NCBI GenBank assembly: GCA_013239625.1
Contig: MU054187.1
Location: forward strand, 12,503,325 to 12,567,324
Source of the DNA: Lama guanicoe
Lineage: Eukaryota
DNA: 64,000 bases
Reading direction: 5' to 3'
Shown here: positions 26,180 to 39,876 of the stretch, in pieces
How positions within the stretch are numbered: the first letter of the stretch is position 1
How the letters are laid out: every line of letters starts with the position of its first letter
The notes under the pieces: generated by a model
Databases searched by the model: none
Told to the model about the DNA's origin: nothing
What the model saw: only the letters and a program-made list of their open reading frames with translations
Position numbers and translations under genes: made by a program

Positions 26180-26798
26180 CAAAGCTTACCTTCTTAACCC
26201 CAAAGCCATACTGCCTACACAGCAAATACCTAAGAAACATGTGCCAAGAAACTGAATTATACTGGTCAACTGCTACAGGGATGTGCTCAGAGGCCCCTGA
26301 GTGAGGGGCTCTTCCTCTACGTATGGAACGACTCCATGCATGCTCTTCTTCATGCTCTTTCTCCTTTTCATCTACTGGTAGGCATTGCTACTGCTTCTCA
26401 CTGCTGTAATCCCAGGATCAGTCCCTGGCAGATCACCCCTTCTCACTTGCTGCAGGTTGGGACACCGGATAATCAAGATGACTAGAATAATACATAAGTC
26501 ATAATAAAGCTTATTCATCAGGTTGTTGGCAATGGTCTCTCCCTGCCTGAGCGAAGTATGAAAGCCTTAATTAATGGCTCAGAATGGTTATTTTTGTCCT
26601 GCAGGCTGGTGTTTATCTGACTTCTGTGTTCTAGAACGTTGAGCTTACTGGTCTCAAATCTATACAAGTGACATTACTTATGAAACTAACAGACTCATTC
26701 TGCTCTGGGATGTGATGAGTTTACCACATCTGCAGTCTACTGAATAGATTATTCTATTACAATTGTGGCTATGTACAAGTAAAATAAATGAAAATTAC

Positions 26799-26947
26799 CT
26801 TGTAAATAATTTTTACAAGGTCCATTGCTGTGAATGATTTTTCAAAGTTCTCATGAAATACTGTAAGAATTTGCTGTTCTCGGATATTTCTGTGAGAAAT
26901 GTATTGTAGAATTTTAGCTTCGGCATCATGGATTACTGGGCCATGTC
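26799..26947 (-). CDS. LACTB2: LACTB2 exon 5 (149 nt)
   Basis: TTCAG| (G)[55 protein letters not shown]; completes the PGHG metal-ligand motif. Confidence 0.95.
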
Positions 26948-28838
26948 CTGAATCAGAATAATTATAAAAATTATTTCAACCAGATAAAAAAATTAAGTAT
27001 AACTTAAGTTAATTCATTGTTTAAAAATAATTCATATAATATATTGAAAAAGCATACTAAACACATAATAAATTATTTGGAAAACTATGCAGGTAAGAAG
27101 AGATTTAAAAATGACATACAATGCCAAAAAACATTAGAGACATATCAAAATCTATATACAATGTTATTTTGTTCATTAAAAGTAGAAAATAAATACAGCA
27201 ATAAAACAGTAACTACAACAGTAAGACAAGTAATACTGAGTGTCCATGATTTGCCAGATACTGGTCTAAATGCTTAATATATGTTATTCTTACAAGAATC
27301 CCAGCAGTTAGGTACTTTTATTATCCCCTTTTGACAGCAGAAACTGAGGCATAGGGAAAATAAATAATCTGCCCACAGTTACATAGCTAAGAAGCTGGGA
27401 TTCTGACTCGGGAGCTTTTAACCACTTTGTGCTCTTCACTTACAAAAGGTTGACAACGGGGATGTTAAATAGTTTTATGTAAGTGACCAAGAGCTATTAA
27501 AAATTCACAAGAACCACAGAAGAACTTAAGAGCCTTCTGTCTACGCTAGTAATTCAGAAATGCTAATAACCCAGATAAAGTTATACTGAAATTTACTTGC
27601 TCTGTAAAGACAGTGAAATATATTACACAAGTCTGCAAGAGGGATGTTTAAAATATCTGATAACAAAATATTCAGAAGCAGACTAACCTGCTCTATAAAG
27701 AGCACAGGCTTTAGCATTCTGACTCATTTACTAGCTGTGTGGCCGTGAGTCTCTAAATCTCTGAGTTTATTTCTTCAGCTGTGCGACGAGGACCACGTTC
27801 CTTGCTTCACTGGGCTTTTGTGAGGACAGGTCTGTGAAGGTCCCCGCACAGTACCTGGCGGGTAGGGTAGCAGGCTTTAGTGCACAGTAGCTATGGCTAC
27901 AGAACGTCATTTACACGTGAGCCCCAGCTGTGCTGATAATAAGCCAGTTCACTAGACTCACTGAAGCGAACAGTCCGAGAACCTGTACTAGGCAGCTTCT
28001 CGTTAGCTTTGCTCGAATGTGAGTGCATCAAATGTCTATTCTGTTCTCTTTCAAAATAGCTCTCAGCCTCTGTTCCTTTTATGTCATAATATTAATCTAA
28101 ATGTCCAGCCCCACTGATGTGTTTCGTATCCCCTCAGCAGTGGGAGCTCATGAGAAAATATAAAGGTATAGAAGACACTTATTTACAGAGCTTTCCATGG
28201 CTCTTTGGTTAGGAGCAAGTTAGAAGAACTTAAAAAATTAGGTAATCTAGTCTCTTTCTCCTTCCGGGGCTTCTTGTTGGGTCCTGAATCTTTCTTAGCT
28301 TTTAGGATGGAGGGGAGATTCATATTCCAGAGCAGTGCCATCAGAGCTGAACTCTAACAACAGGTTTCTTTTTCTGGAGAATTAAAATAAATATACAGTT
28401 TATATTTGTATGGAAGCCTTTGGTATTTCCGTACTGTGAGTTAAAAAATCTAAATTTCAGAGGTCAAATGTTACCCAAGGTTGGTTACACAGCTAAAATA
28501 GAGTCCACAACAGAAATCAAGTTAACAGCAAAGCTGAAGATAACTTATGGAATGAAAAAAAATTTCTTGTTCCAGTAAGTTTATTTCCTTTTTTAAGTAG
28601 TTCTATTAATAGCTGTGTGATGTTAAAAAATAACCCTTATATCTTTATAAAAAGTTATTAATACAACTCTCAGCCTTCTTTTCATTGCTAGACAAGGCTC
28701 AGGGGTATAATTTAGAAAAAAGTAGTTTATATGTATCTCTCCCAGGCTGAGAACTCAAAGAACACATCCAGACAAACCAAAATGAATCTTCCTCATCATC
28801 TGACACAAATGGTTTGCTAGATTAAAAAAATTACCTAC

Positions 28839-29017
28839 CTGGATATATAACAGCAGCTTTGACTTTTAATAACTCTTTTAGGGAGTTCATATAATCATAG
28901 AGGTCTTCAAATACCGTTGTTCCTTCTCCTAGGATGCAGTCTCCAGAAAAGAGCGCATTTTCCTCTTCTAACAGTAGAGCCATATGATCATCAGTGTGGC
29001 CAGGTGTATATATAACT
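28839..29017 (-). CDS. LACTB2: LACTB2 exon 4 (179 nt)
   Basis: CCAG| (R)[68 protein letters not shown] motifs PGHT and SGD. Confidence 0.96.
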
Positions 29018-30224
29018 CTGGTTCAAAGAAGAAAGAGTAGCAATTATGAACTCTTAGGCTTAGAAGACATTTTGGGAAGTAAATTATTCTCTATCATCTC
29101 TGGACAAGACACAAATAAAGGGTGTCAACAAGTTTTTTTTAAAAAAGCTCCTTTTTCTCTTGTGGCCTTCTGAAAATTGTCAGAAAATTCTCTCCTTTAG
29201 CTAAATCACACTTCTCACTCTAAAGTGCAAATTTAATATTTCTGCTACCTTTTCTTTCTTATAAGTAATAAGCACTGATTACAACAAATTTGGAAAACAG
29301 AAAAGGCAAGTACTTAAAGGAGATAAAAATCACCCATCATTCCACTACTCAGATAGTGCTTTTATTATTTAAAACTGTATTTTTTTCAAACACACACACA
29401 CACACATCACAACAACACACATTCTTTTATGAGAAACAACTAAGAAAAAAGCACTTTCATATGTTGCTGGTGGGAGTCCAAAATGGTAGAGCCTACATGG
29501 AAGGGAATTTGGCATCTTCTAGCAAAATTACATATGCATTAATCCTTTGACTTATCAATCCCACTGCTAGAATTTACCCTGAAAATACACCTTTACAAAA
29601 ATAAAAAATATGTACAAGTTATTCATTCATACATTATTTGTAATAACAAAATAGTAGGAACAACCCAGATGTCCATCCATAGGGCACTATGGATAAAGTA
29701 CAGTACAGCCACACAATGGAATGTTATGCAGCTATCAAAAATGAGGAAGGTCTCTATGAATTCATATGGAGTAATCTGCAGGATATACTGTCAAGTGATA
29801 AGAAAGCAAGGCACAAAAGGGTGTTCATAGTATGCTCTTTTGTATAAGAAAGAACGGTAAATAATAAGCATATATTTCCTTATTTTTGCAAAAAGAAAGT
29901 CAGGGAGTATAAATAAAAAACTAATGAATATAGCTGTCTATAGCAGGTAGGCAGGTGGGGTGTAGGGAACAGAGATTCAAGCAAGAATTCTCTGATTAGA
30001 ACTTTTAACGTTTTATGTTTTAACTTTTAAGCTATGTAAATATTTTATATATTCTAAACATAAAATTAAATAAAAAGAAAAAGAAAACCTTAACACTGAA
30101 TATGGAAAGAAGTGAATCTTACTGTGTACTAGATAGATAACAAAGCCACAGTAACAAGTGAATTAATTCAAATAAGCTTTAAATGCAATACTAAGACATC
30201 ATTAATAGAATATATCTTAAGATA

Positions 30225-30360
30225 GGGGGAGGGTATAGCTCAGTGGTAGCGCACATGCTTACCATGCACAAGGTTCTGGGTTCAATCCCCAGTAACTCCC
30301 TTAAAAATAAATTAAATAAATAAACAAACCTAATTACCTCCCCCCTCCAAAAAAAAAGAA
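30225..30360 (+). mobile_element. tRNA-derived SINE (Vic-1-like)
   Basis: GGGGGAGGGTATAGCTCAGTGGTAG...GGTTCAATCCCCAG, then ACCTAATTACCTCCCC and an A-tail. Confidence 0.88.
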
Positions 30361-30362
30361 AG

Positions 30363-30367
<5 letters not shown>

Positions 30368-30407
<40 letters not shown>
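30368..30407. repeat. (TA)20 microsatellite at the SINE tail/TSD
   Basis: Direct observation. Confidence 0.95.
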
Positions 30408-30411
<4 letters not shown>

Positions 30412-30734
30412 CTTGAACTTTATTTAATATGCTTATTGCTGGCAATATTATTGGTTATTATGTTTCTGAAATGAATTTGTGTTAATTGTTTGATAGGATA
30501 AACAAGTAAATAAATTGATGTGGAGAACCAAGGTTTTCACTATGGGATAAGGGAAAAATACATATGAAATAAGGAAATTAAGGTTTGGGGTTGTTTGTTA
30601 TTTGAACTGAGGAATCATGAATCATTTTTTTCCCTCGCTCTGTCTATAAATAGGCCAAGAAACACACCTCATGAGATAAATTATAGTATAGTGATATGTC
30701 ATAGTGTCTGCAATTTCTCTTCTTTTTTGTTTTG

Positions 30735-31415
30735 ATGTATTTTTTCACCAGTTTTACTGAGATATAATTGACATACAACATTGAAGTTCGAGGTATACAA
30801 GATAATGATTTTATGTATGTCTACATTGTGAAATGATCACCATAATAAGTTTAGTTAACATCCATCACCTCACATAATTACATCTTTTTCCTGTGATGAG
30901 AACTTTCAAGATCTACTCTTAGCAATTTTCAAATACACAATACATTACTGTTAACTACAGTCACCATGCTGTACATTACATTCCCAGAACTTATTTATCT
31001 TATACCTGGAAGTTAGTACCTTTTGACCACCTTCACCTATTTCTCCCACCCCCTACCTCCCAATTCTTACAACTACCAATCTGTTCTCTTTCTGAGGGTC
31101 TGGTTTTTATAGATTCTGCATTTAAGTGAGGTCATATAGTATTTATTTTTCTCTGTCTGACTTAGCATAAGGCCTGCCCATGTTGTTGCAAATGGCAGGA
31201 TTTCCTTCCTTTTTTATAGCTCAGTAATATTCTACTGTATATATACCACATCTTCTTTATCCAGTCATCTGTTGATAGATACTTAGGTTGTTTCCATGTC
31301 TTGGCTATTGTAAATACTGCTGCAGTGAACATTGCGGTGCAGATATCCCTTCAAGGTAGTGATTTCATTTTCTTTGAATATGTACCCAGAAGTGGAATTG
31401 GTGGATCATATGCTT
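30735..31415 (-). mobile_element. Older L1 (L1MA-like) 3' end
   Basis: GATATAATTGACATACAACATT, GTTAACATCCATCACCTCACAT, GGTTGTTTCCATGTCTTGGCTATTGTAAAT. Confidence 0.8.
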
Positions 31416-33019
31416 TTACTTTTTAAGAGTATCAACTTTTAAATTTTAATTTTTTAATTGAAATGTCGATTTACAATGTCGTATTAGTTTCTGATGAAGA
31501 ATATTAATTTTTAAAGATTTTCTTTGTATATTTATATCTTAAAAACAAAATTGAGATGTTTTAATATCTGATTTAAAATTTTTGCACTTACCATACTGTA
31601 TTTTTCTGCATCACTAAATTGTTTCTAAAACGGTTTTTAGTGTTTGCAGAGCAGTCTACTATATGAGTGAATCATAATTTAATTGCCTATTGCTGGGCAG
31701 TTTTTCTCCATCAATAACACTGAGATAAGCATCCTTAAAAACAGTATTTTTTGGCTGTTTTTCTGATTTGGTCTCAGAATTTTTTTTTTTTTTAACAGAG
31801 TAGTTATTCTATGTACGTCTCTCCTCCCTCCCCCCATGCGTGTATGTCTGACTCACTTCAGTCATTAAGGTTTAAGCTTTCTGGTTTTTAGACTTTCTTG
31901 CTGTCACCTTTATATGTACTGCATTTTATTTCCTCTTGTTCTTTTCTTGGTGATTTGTCAGCTACCTATCCTTAAGTAGATGTAAGAAACTGAGCAAACT
32001 AACCTCCCTTAATGTCAGTTTTTCACAGAAATTTGAATAATATGTGTCTCAAAGGATTGCTGAGAGGTTCAAAGACAAGCATTTAAGTGCTCAGCATATT
32101 TGGCACAAAGTTACATGCTTAATAAATGGTAAATATTTTATTTTAGCAGTGGGTAGCTAAAAGTTTAAAAGAAACATACTTTATTTTTTCTTTTACATTA
32201 AAAATTGACAGAACAAAGCAATTTTTATTGATTTCACCCTCTATTAAGATAAAAAATTTAGCACTTATGTCCTTTGTCTTCTTCTGTTTTCAGCTTTTGT
32301 TAATAAACAAAATTATTATAATAGTAAAGACTTAAAACATGACAAATATTTTAGTTCAATAACCTCCATTTACATTTATATAAGGTTTATAACTATACTA
32401 ACAATAAGCTAGTTAAACAAAGAGCTAGGTGTAAATAATTTGTTCTGTAGAGAACCTGATTTCTCAGCCACATAGAGATAATCCTTTCTACTGGTCATTT
32501 TTTTTCTGTTATTACTCCTATACTTTGAATTATACTTCTGTTATTGCGGGTTTCATGTTGTTTTCTTATTTGTTTACCATTCTAACCTCACAAGGCTATG
32601 AATTCCTGAAAGGCAGGACTCCTGTCTTATTCCCACTTTTATATTCCCAGTGCTTAGCAATTACTAGTAGCTAATATTAATATATTGCTTTCCATGTGCC
32701 AGGCACTGACTTCAGGGATTTACAGGTATTATACACTTAATGCTTTTACTGGTCTGGGGTGGGTACTATTAATCTCTTCATTTTACATTTCAGATAACTG
32801 AATCACAGGAAATAGCAATAAATGTTTAATGAAATATGGTTTAAATTAGATTCTATTTAGCTTAAGAGGTCAATTATCTTTCTCTTTGCTTATCCTAAAT
32901 AGCACTGCATTTTTATGTGCTTGGAATACTTTAAATACATTTTCTCAATGATGGATTTTGTTGGGGAGGGGAGCGCAAATAGAACTGCAGATTTGTATTT
33001 ACTATTTAGGAATTGAACA

Positions 33020-35100
33020 TGTGTTTCTGGTTAAAGATAGTGGTTTGAACACCTGCATCTTTACTGTTCTTCCTAGAACACCAATAAAATGACCATAAAG
33101 GGATTTTTAAAAAATGGCATAAACTCCCAGGGGTGAGGACAATGGACCACATCATCAAAATTTTAGAATTTAGAAAGAAGACAGATGAGTGATAAGTGAC
33201 CTATCAGACATGAGAAAACTGAAGCCTAAGCTGCGGGTGGTAAGAGCTGAGGACCAGCCAGATTTACAGACACTGCAGAATTCTCCAGTCTCAGGATGTT
33301 GGTCCCAGGAATCTGGAATAAAAGGTGAGGTGGGAGGGGAGGCTAAAATGAGAACTGGTTCAGAGTCTGCTTAACAAACATTTAGATCTTCAGATTCTCT
33401 TCCCATTTTGAGCAGTTTGACCCCACTGAGGGAGAAGACTGGAGATTTAACCTTTGAAAAGGGTAAAACACAGGCCCAGATGGCGGTAGTGACACTATAC
33501 TGAAACCAGGCTGTGTGAATCTCCAAGCCTTCTTTCCACAGTCAGCTCCTAGAAAGGCTGGCATCCAGGCTTTTATCCTACATGAAGACTCTAAGAGTCT
33601 TTTCTGGGGAATTTTACCAGCTCAGGAAGAAAGACTAAGATACCAGTGTGGGAAGTTCCCCAGCTAAATTAAACAATTCATCTACATTAACCCCAGAGTG
33701 AGGCTCACAACCTACAAAAGCTCTCCTCACATTTTCAGAGCTCCCAAACAGCTGTGTAGTCTCCGTGAGAAGACATCAGTAAATACCAGATGAGCAGAAT
33801 TACTAGACATCCGAAGAAAGCCCCTCTCACTGAGGAGAGCAAATGAAAACAAAGTTATTTGGAGGCAAAAAATATAAGGAAGAAAATTACCCCCAAAACA
33901 AAAAAAGAAAGCAGACAACCGCCTATCCCCCAAAACTGTAATGTCCTCAGAAAGACAAAAAGTTGCAACTACGAAGGAAGAAAGGATAGTGTGAAAGGAC
34001 CATTTAGGGAGCCAAAAGAGCTTCTGAAAATTAAAAATGTGAGAAGAGAAAAGAAAAACTTAATAGGATTAGGAGATAAAGCTGAAAAAACCTCCCAGAA
34101 AGTGTAACAAAAACCCAAAAAGATGGAAAATGGGAGAAAAAAATAAAGTTAGAGGACGAATTTAAGAGTTCTTACTAAACGAGTTTTAGTAAATGAAACA
34201 GATCAAAACAGATGAGATAAAATAATCAATGAGCAACTTCAAGAACAATGGTTAGAACTGAAGGACACAGGTTTCCAGACTAAAAAGGCCTATCAAACAA
34301 AGACCCAGCACCATAAACTCCCTCCAAGGTGCATCGTGGTGACATTTCAGAACACAGTGAAAAAGCTCAGGAATCAGAAGGGTTTCAGATTTCTCAATCA
34401 CAATATTGTAACTAGAAGGCAATGAAATGTTGCATACAAAACTGAGACTGAAAAAAGATTTTCAACTTGGAATCCGGACCCAGTGCACCTTAAATCAAAT
34501 CGGATTTACAAAAAGACATTTTTAGACATGTAAGTCCTCAAAAATGCACCGTTTTTTTTTTTTCCTCAGAATGCTATTGCAGATGAGCTCCACCAAAAAA
34601 GGAGTACCAGGAAAATGACGGGGTACAGCAAATCGGAGGTTCGAGGCTAGAGAGAGGCAAAGGGGAGTGTGAAGGGAATTGTGGGGTGACAGCAGCATCA
34701 GCCTGGTTCCCCAACTAAACGGAACCTGGGGGAAACCAGTTGGAACGCAGCAGGTTGGGAGGCTCGGAGGGAGGAGGTTCTTCCAGAAGACGAAAGTGCG
34801 AGAATCCCTGATACACTTAAATATCCTGAGAGGAGAGGTATGTAATCAGAGTTGAGTTAATGATAAGTACCTAGAAAACGATCCAAATAAAAACCAAAAC
34901 AAAACAATTATTAACTGCAGGAAAGCAGGAAAGGAAAAGTAAGCACAGTTTACAACATGGTTTACGTACAGTGTCTATCGTTCTAATAGTGGAAACACTG
35001 AGCACTAATCTCGTCAAAATTCTGACCCCATGAGGTTGGGAGACAGGAACGCTGCCCATAAATGGGAGAAGGGGAGAAACCGATTCTAATTTTTTTTCAG
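33020..35100 (+). mobile_element. Highly degenerate ancient L1 (5'/ORF1-like region)
   Basis: A-rich strand with L1 ORF1-like phrases (GAACTGAAGGACACAGGTTTCCAGACTAAAAAGGCC, GGAATCAGAAGGGTTTCAGATTTCTCAA); weak. Confidence 0.5.
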
Positions 35101-36379
35101 AGTGGGAAATTAACAAATACCTGGAAGGAAAAATGAAGACAAAGCAAAGAATCAAATAGTCCTTCAAGATTTGTTACTATTACTGCTCCACCCTGTTTAA
35201 TTTTTTTCTCCATAGAGGCATCCATTTGCACTTCTTTGGCTAATTATTTGCATATGCCTGTATTTTTATGCACAACAAAGCCAGACTATCACAGGTAATT
35301 CTGAATGCCTCCCTTCCTCTAGACCCTGATAAGCCTCGCTACTGACCTAAATGTATTTTCAAGTTTGGTTTTGAGATTCTGGAAATCATAAACCTTTCTT
35401 TTAACAAAGAAACTTAGATTACATGATTTTTTAAGTCTAGTCTTGTATTAAAAAGAGAAATCTATAGAAAGTACACAAATAAGCTTAAATTACACACGTT
35501 AAGCTTTCCTCACAGGACCGTGTTACTACTAAGCAATCATGAACCCTCACCAAAAAGATGTGTAATTGCCATTAGCAACTAAAGGTGCAGTATTTCCACA
35601 GGCAACTTTAACAAACCTTTAAAAGCCAGATAGTTTCACTACTACTTAATCTATCCCAGAGCATAGAAAAAGAAGGAAAACTTACACTCCCAAATCTGAT
35701 AAAGGCTGCACAAAGAGAAAACTACCACCCAATCTTACTAATGCATATTGTTATAAAAATCTTAATTAAAATATTAACAAATAGAATTCAAAAGCAAATT
35801 TAAAAATAATGACATTGTGATCAAGTAAAGTTTATTCAAAAAATGCAAGGGTGTTTCAGTATTGTAAGAGCTCTGAAATTAATAATAAAGCTATGGAGAA
35901 AAGTAAGGCCATCTCCCTAGACACTACAAACACACTTGACAAAATCCAACTCTTAAATAACAGTATTTAAGAAAACTGAAATGATTGTAACTTAAGAGTT
36001 TCTCCTTTGCCCCCCCAAAAAAGTCAAATCCTTAATATTAAATATTGAAATGTAAAGCCTTTGAAAAATCTGCTAAAAATGTAATAGAAAGTACAAGAAC
36101 ATGAGATACTAGCATAATGGGAGCAATTATTTTTGAGAGGCATTAAGAACTGTCATTAAAAACTATTAAGCTTTTAGGTTTCTAAGTGTATGCTTTATAT
36201 ATTGCAAACAATTACAATATTATAGCTGTACCAGCAGCAAGGTATTAAAGAGATGTTAGAAATCATCTCTTTTCTGATTAAACCCACTACAATCTGTTAA
36301 TTAAAGTATTCAATGTTATGTGAAAATGATTCTAGGGGGTATATATCCAGCAACTATAAAAATGTGAAGTCAATATACA

Positions 36380-36934
36380 GGATGGGAAAAAAACTGCAAA
36401 TCATATATCTGGTAAGGAATTAATATCTAAGATATATAACGAATTTGTGCAACTCAACAACAAAAAAACAACCCAATTAAAAAAAATGATCAAAGACCTG
36501 AATAGGCATTTTCCCAAAGATATACGAAAGACCAACAGGGACATGAAAAGATGCTCACCATTACTAGTCATAAGGAAATGCAAATTAAAATGACAATGAG
36601 ATGTTACCTCAGCCCTGTTAGACGGGCCATCAGCAAAAAGAGATAAATGCTGGCATGAATGTGGAGAAAAGGAAACCCTTGTGCACTATCGGTAGACTTG
36701 TAAATTGGTGCAGCCACTGTGGAAAACAATATGAAGTAATATCAAAAAATTAAAAATAGTACTACCATGTGATCCAGCAACTCCACTTCTGGGAATATAG
36801 CCATAGGAAATGAAAACACTAACTGGGAAAGATATTTGTACCCCAATGTTCATAGCAGTGTATTTATAATAGCCAAAACAAGGAAACAACATAAGTGTCC
36901 ACTGATGGAAGAATGGATAAAGAAGTTGTGGTGT

Positions 36935-36970
<36 letters not shown>

Positions 36971-37445
36971 TGGAATATTATTCAGCCATAACAAACGAGG
37001 AAACCCTACCATGTGTGACAACATGGATGGACCTTAAAGGCATTATGCTAAGTAAAATAAATCAGGCAGAGAAAGACAAATACTGCGTGATCTCACTTAT
37101 ATGTGGAATCTTCAAAAAAGACAAGAAAACATCAAGCTCATAGAAGAGATCAGACCTGTGGTTACCAGAGGTTGGGGGGGGGGACTGGAGAAAGATAGTC
37201 AAAAGGTACAAATTTCCAATTATAAATAAGTACTGGGCATATAATGGACAACATGAATACTAAAATTAACACTGCTGTATGATAAATAAAAAAAGTTACT
37301 CAGAGAGTAAATGAAGAGTTCTTATCACAAGGAGAAAATTGTTTTTTCTTTCTTTTCTTTTTATTGTATCTATATGAGATGGTGGATATTAGCTGAACCT
37401 ACTAATATAATCGTTTCATAGTGTATGTAAATCAAACCATCATGG
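36380..37445 (+). mobile_element. L1MA-like 3' portion containing an (AC)16 run at 36937-36968
   Basis: ORF2 C-terminal remnants (GTGGAGAAAAGGAAACCCTTGTGCACT, CTCACTTATATGTGGAATCT) followed by a 3'UTR. Confidence 0.85.
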
Positions 37446-38334
37446 AAGAACTATGTGGGTGTGAGTATGTATCTTATGTTATGGACAATCTTATGAACAA
37501 TCACACACAAAATGCATTTATAAGTAGAATCCAATTTTTTTTTTAATCACAAAAACTCATTTGGAGAACCATTCTGTTTCAGAGCCTGCAAACTGTCTTA
37601 TCTGTCAATGTGCTTGCAAGACCTCCTTTATTATTTGCCTCCCCCTCTTCACACCAGAACTCGCTTAAGATTTTCTTTTGATATCTTCTAGGCGGAAGGC
37701 AATAGGATTTCTTAAATCAGGGAATCGGAAATTCCAATTCTCCAGTCACCTGGGTGGCTAATGCTTTAATCTGCATAAAAACTGAGTTAAAATTCACTTC
37801 ACGTAGGCAGGGGGAGAAGAGGAAATGACATCAGAGGTGCTTTGCTAAAGATCAGAGGCCTTGCAGCTGTGGCCTTCCCATTCATCAGGTAGAGCATTTA
37901 TCTAGTTCTGCCACCTCTGTGATAGAGCAGACTTTATAAGGATGGCTCTCAGAAAATTTGGAACAGCCAACAAAAGCTGTCAGATTGACTTTTCTCTGAG
38001 ACTGAAGGTTACAACCAGAATCAAATCCTTACTGAAAAACCTTGATAACTTTCTACACTTTACTAGGGTGCTTGGTGGGTATTATCTCTATCTCTATTGT
38101 ATTTTTTTTTCTTCCAAATTTGGCAAGCAGACAAGATCTTTGAGGTTAAAACCTAATCTGATTAGATGTGGTGGGTCAGGGGAGAGGGAGTGAGAAGAGT
38201 GAGGAGGAGGAGTCAGCTTCTGTCTTAGCAGAAAAAAACTTCAGTACAGAGAAGTAGATATTCTCAAGTCAGAAAGCAAGTACAGATTGTGGGGAACCAC
38301 AATTAATTTGGTTTTAAAAGTTCCAACAAGTTTG

Positions 38335-38503
38335 CAAGTGGCAGAGCACGCGCTTTGCATGCACGAGGTCCTCGGTTCAATCCCCAGTATGTCCTACAAA
38401 AATAACCTAATTACCTCACCCCCCACAAAAACAACAAACAAATACAATAAAAATAAAATCAAGCCCATTAAAAAAAAAGCAGTCGTTAAAAAAAAAAAAC
38501 AAA
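38335..38503 (+). mobile_element. 5'-truncated Vic-1-like SINE with long composite tail
   Basis: GCATGCACGAGGTCCTCGGTTCAATCCCCAG, ACCTAATTACCTC; TSD AAC(A/G)AGTTTG. Confidence 0.8.
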
Positions 38504-38722
38504 AACGAGTTTGAAACACCTTTTTGAATCCCTCAAATAGGTCGTGAGGGATTATGGGTCTGACCTGAAACGTATTTACTTCAGCTATGGGTCACTTTTT
38601 GGAAGTTAGAGCACGAGAAAGCCCTGAATTTAACCGATGGGTAGGATCCCTAAATCCCCCAAGCAGGAAATGTTAATCTATTTTTTTAAAATTTAAATTT
38701 TTTTCAAAAAAGGTAATCATAG

Positions 38723-39350
38723 TAATGCAGGAAAACGGATGTGGGGCATGAGGAGGGCCGAGTCCCAGGTCTCGGTTGAGCCCCTGGGACGTGCCCCACC
38801 AAGTGTGGGTCCTTGGCTTCACGCAGGAAAGAATTCAAGTGCGAGCCACTGTTGAGCAAAGGTAGATTTATTTAGAGAGATACATACTGCATAGAGTGTA
38901 AGGCAAGAGAAAGGCAAGGAAAGAGGTGTGGGAATTGGGTGCTCAAGTTAAAGTAAAAGTAGGTGCACACTCCATAGACAGAGTGCGGGCCATCTCCAAA
39001 GGGGAGAGAGCGAAAAGGGCCACTAGGCCTGATGGTGTCACTTTTTATGGTCTCAGTAGCTTCACGTGCCTACAGGTGGGATCAATCCAACTGCCCTGGG
39101 GAAGGGGCTGGCTTTCCCAGGGACTGGGCCACCACCCATCCTTTGGCCTTTTGTGGTTAGCCTTGGGGCTGTCATGGCGCCTGCGGGCATGTTATTTGAT
39201 CCTGCTGTTACAACGAGCATAAATAAGCTCAAAGTCTATTAGAAGTCAAACCTCTTAATCCTCAAGACCAACTAGGAGGTGACTCTTCCACCATTTTGGT
39301 TGCTGTCATTCCTTGAGTGGCTGGGCCCTGCCCTCTTCCCTCCTGTCTCA
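38723..39350 (-). mobile_element. Solo ERV LTR (probably class I/ERV1), 628 bp, in LACTB2 intron 3
   Basis: Minus strand begins TGAGACAGG and ends TGCATTA (expected CA); 4-bp TSD ATAG at 38719-38722 and 39351-39354; CATAAAA box near 39045 and AATAAA near 38870 in LTR order. Confidence 0.78.
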
Positions 39351-39497
39351 ATAGCACAGGGAACTATATTCACTATCTTGTAGTAACCTATAATGAAAAC
39401 GAATATATGTATGTATATGTATGACTGAAACACTATGCTGTACACCAGAAACTGACACAACACTGTAAGTGCACTATACTTCAATAAAAAAAAGAAA
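39351..39497 (+). mobile_element. Short L1 3' end abutting the LTR
   Basis: ATAGCACAGGGAACTATATTC...GCTGTACACCAGAAACTGACACAACACTGTAA...CTTCAATAAAA. Confidence 0.85.
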
Positions 39498-39749
39498 AAG
39501 GCGGTCAATTAATTCAAACAAATCATTTTAAAAAAGGCAGATAGAAAAGCTTTTTCTTTTGTCATGTTTCTCAAGCAACCCATTTTCTCTTCCCAGAGTA
39601 ACCAGTATTACCAGATCTTTTGTATCCCTCCTGAGATACTTTCACTCATGCAAATATGTAGAAATCTTCCTTACCCCTCTTTTTAAAACACATATATACA
39701 TTGACACCCCCTGCCCCCCGCCCTTCCTGGCTCAAGGACGTTTACTTAC

Positions 39750-39876
39750 CTTAGAGTGGCGCCCTCAGTCTTAATCACATCTCCATCTTTCACATAAATG
39801 TACTGCTGCTCTCCATCTCCTATAATTTCCTCTCTCTTGGGATTCCGTGGGAGTTTTTTAATGCAATATGCAGTGT
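39750..39876 (-). CDS. LACTB2: LACTB2 exon 3 (127 nt; not in the ORF track)
   Basis: CTAG| (D)[41 protein letters not shown](R) |GTAAGT; phase fits exons 2 and 4. Confidence 0.95.
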
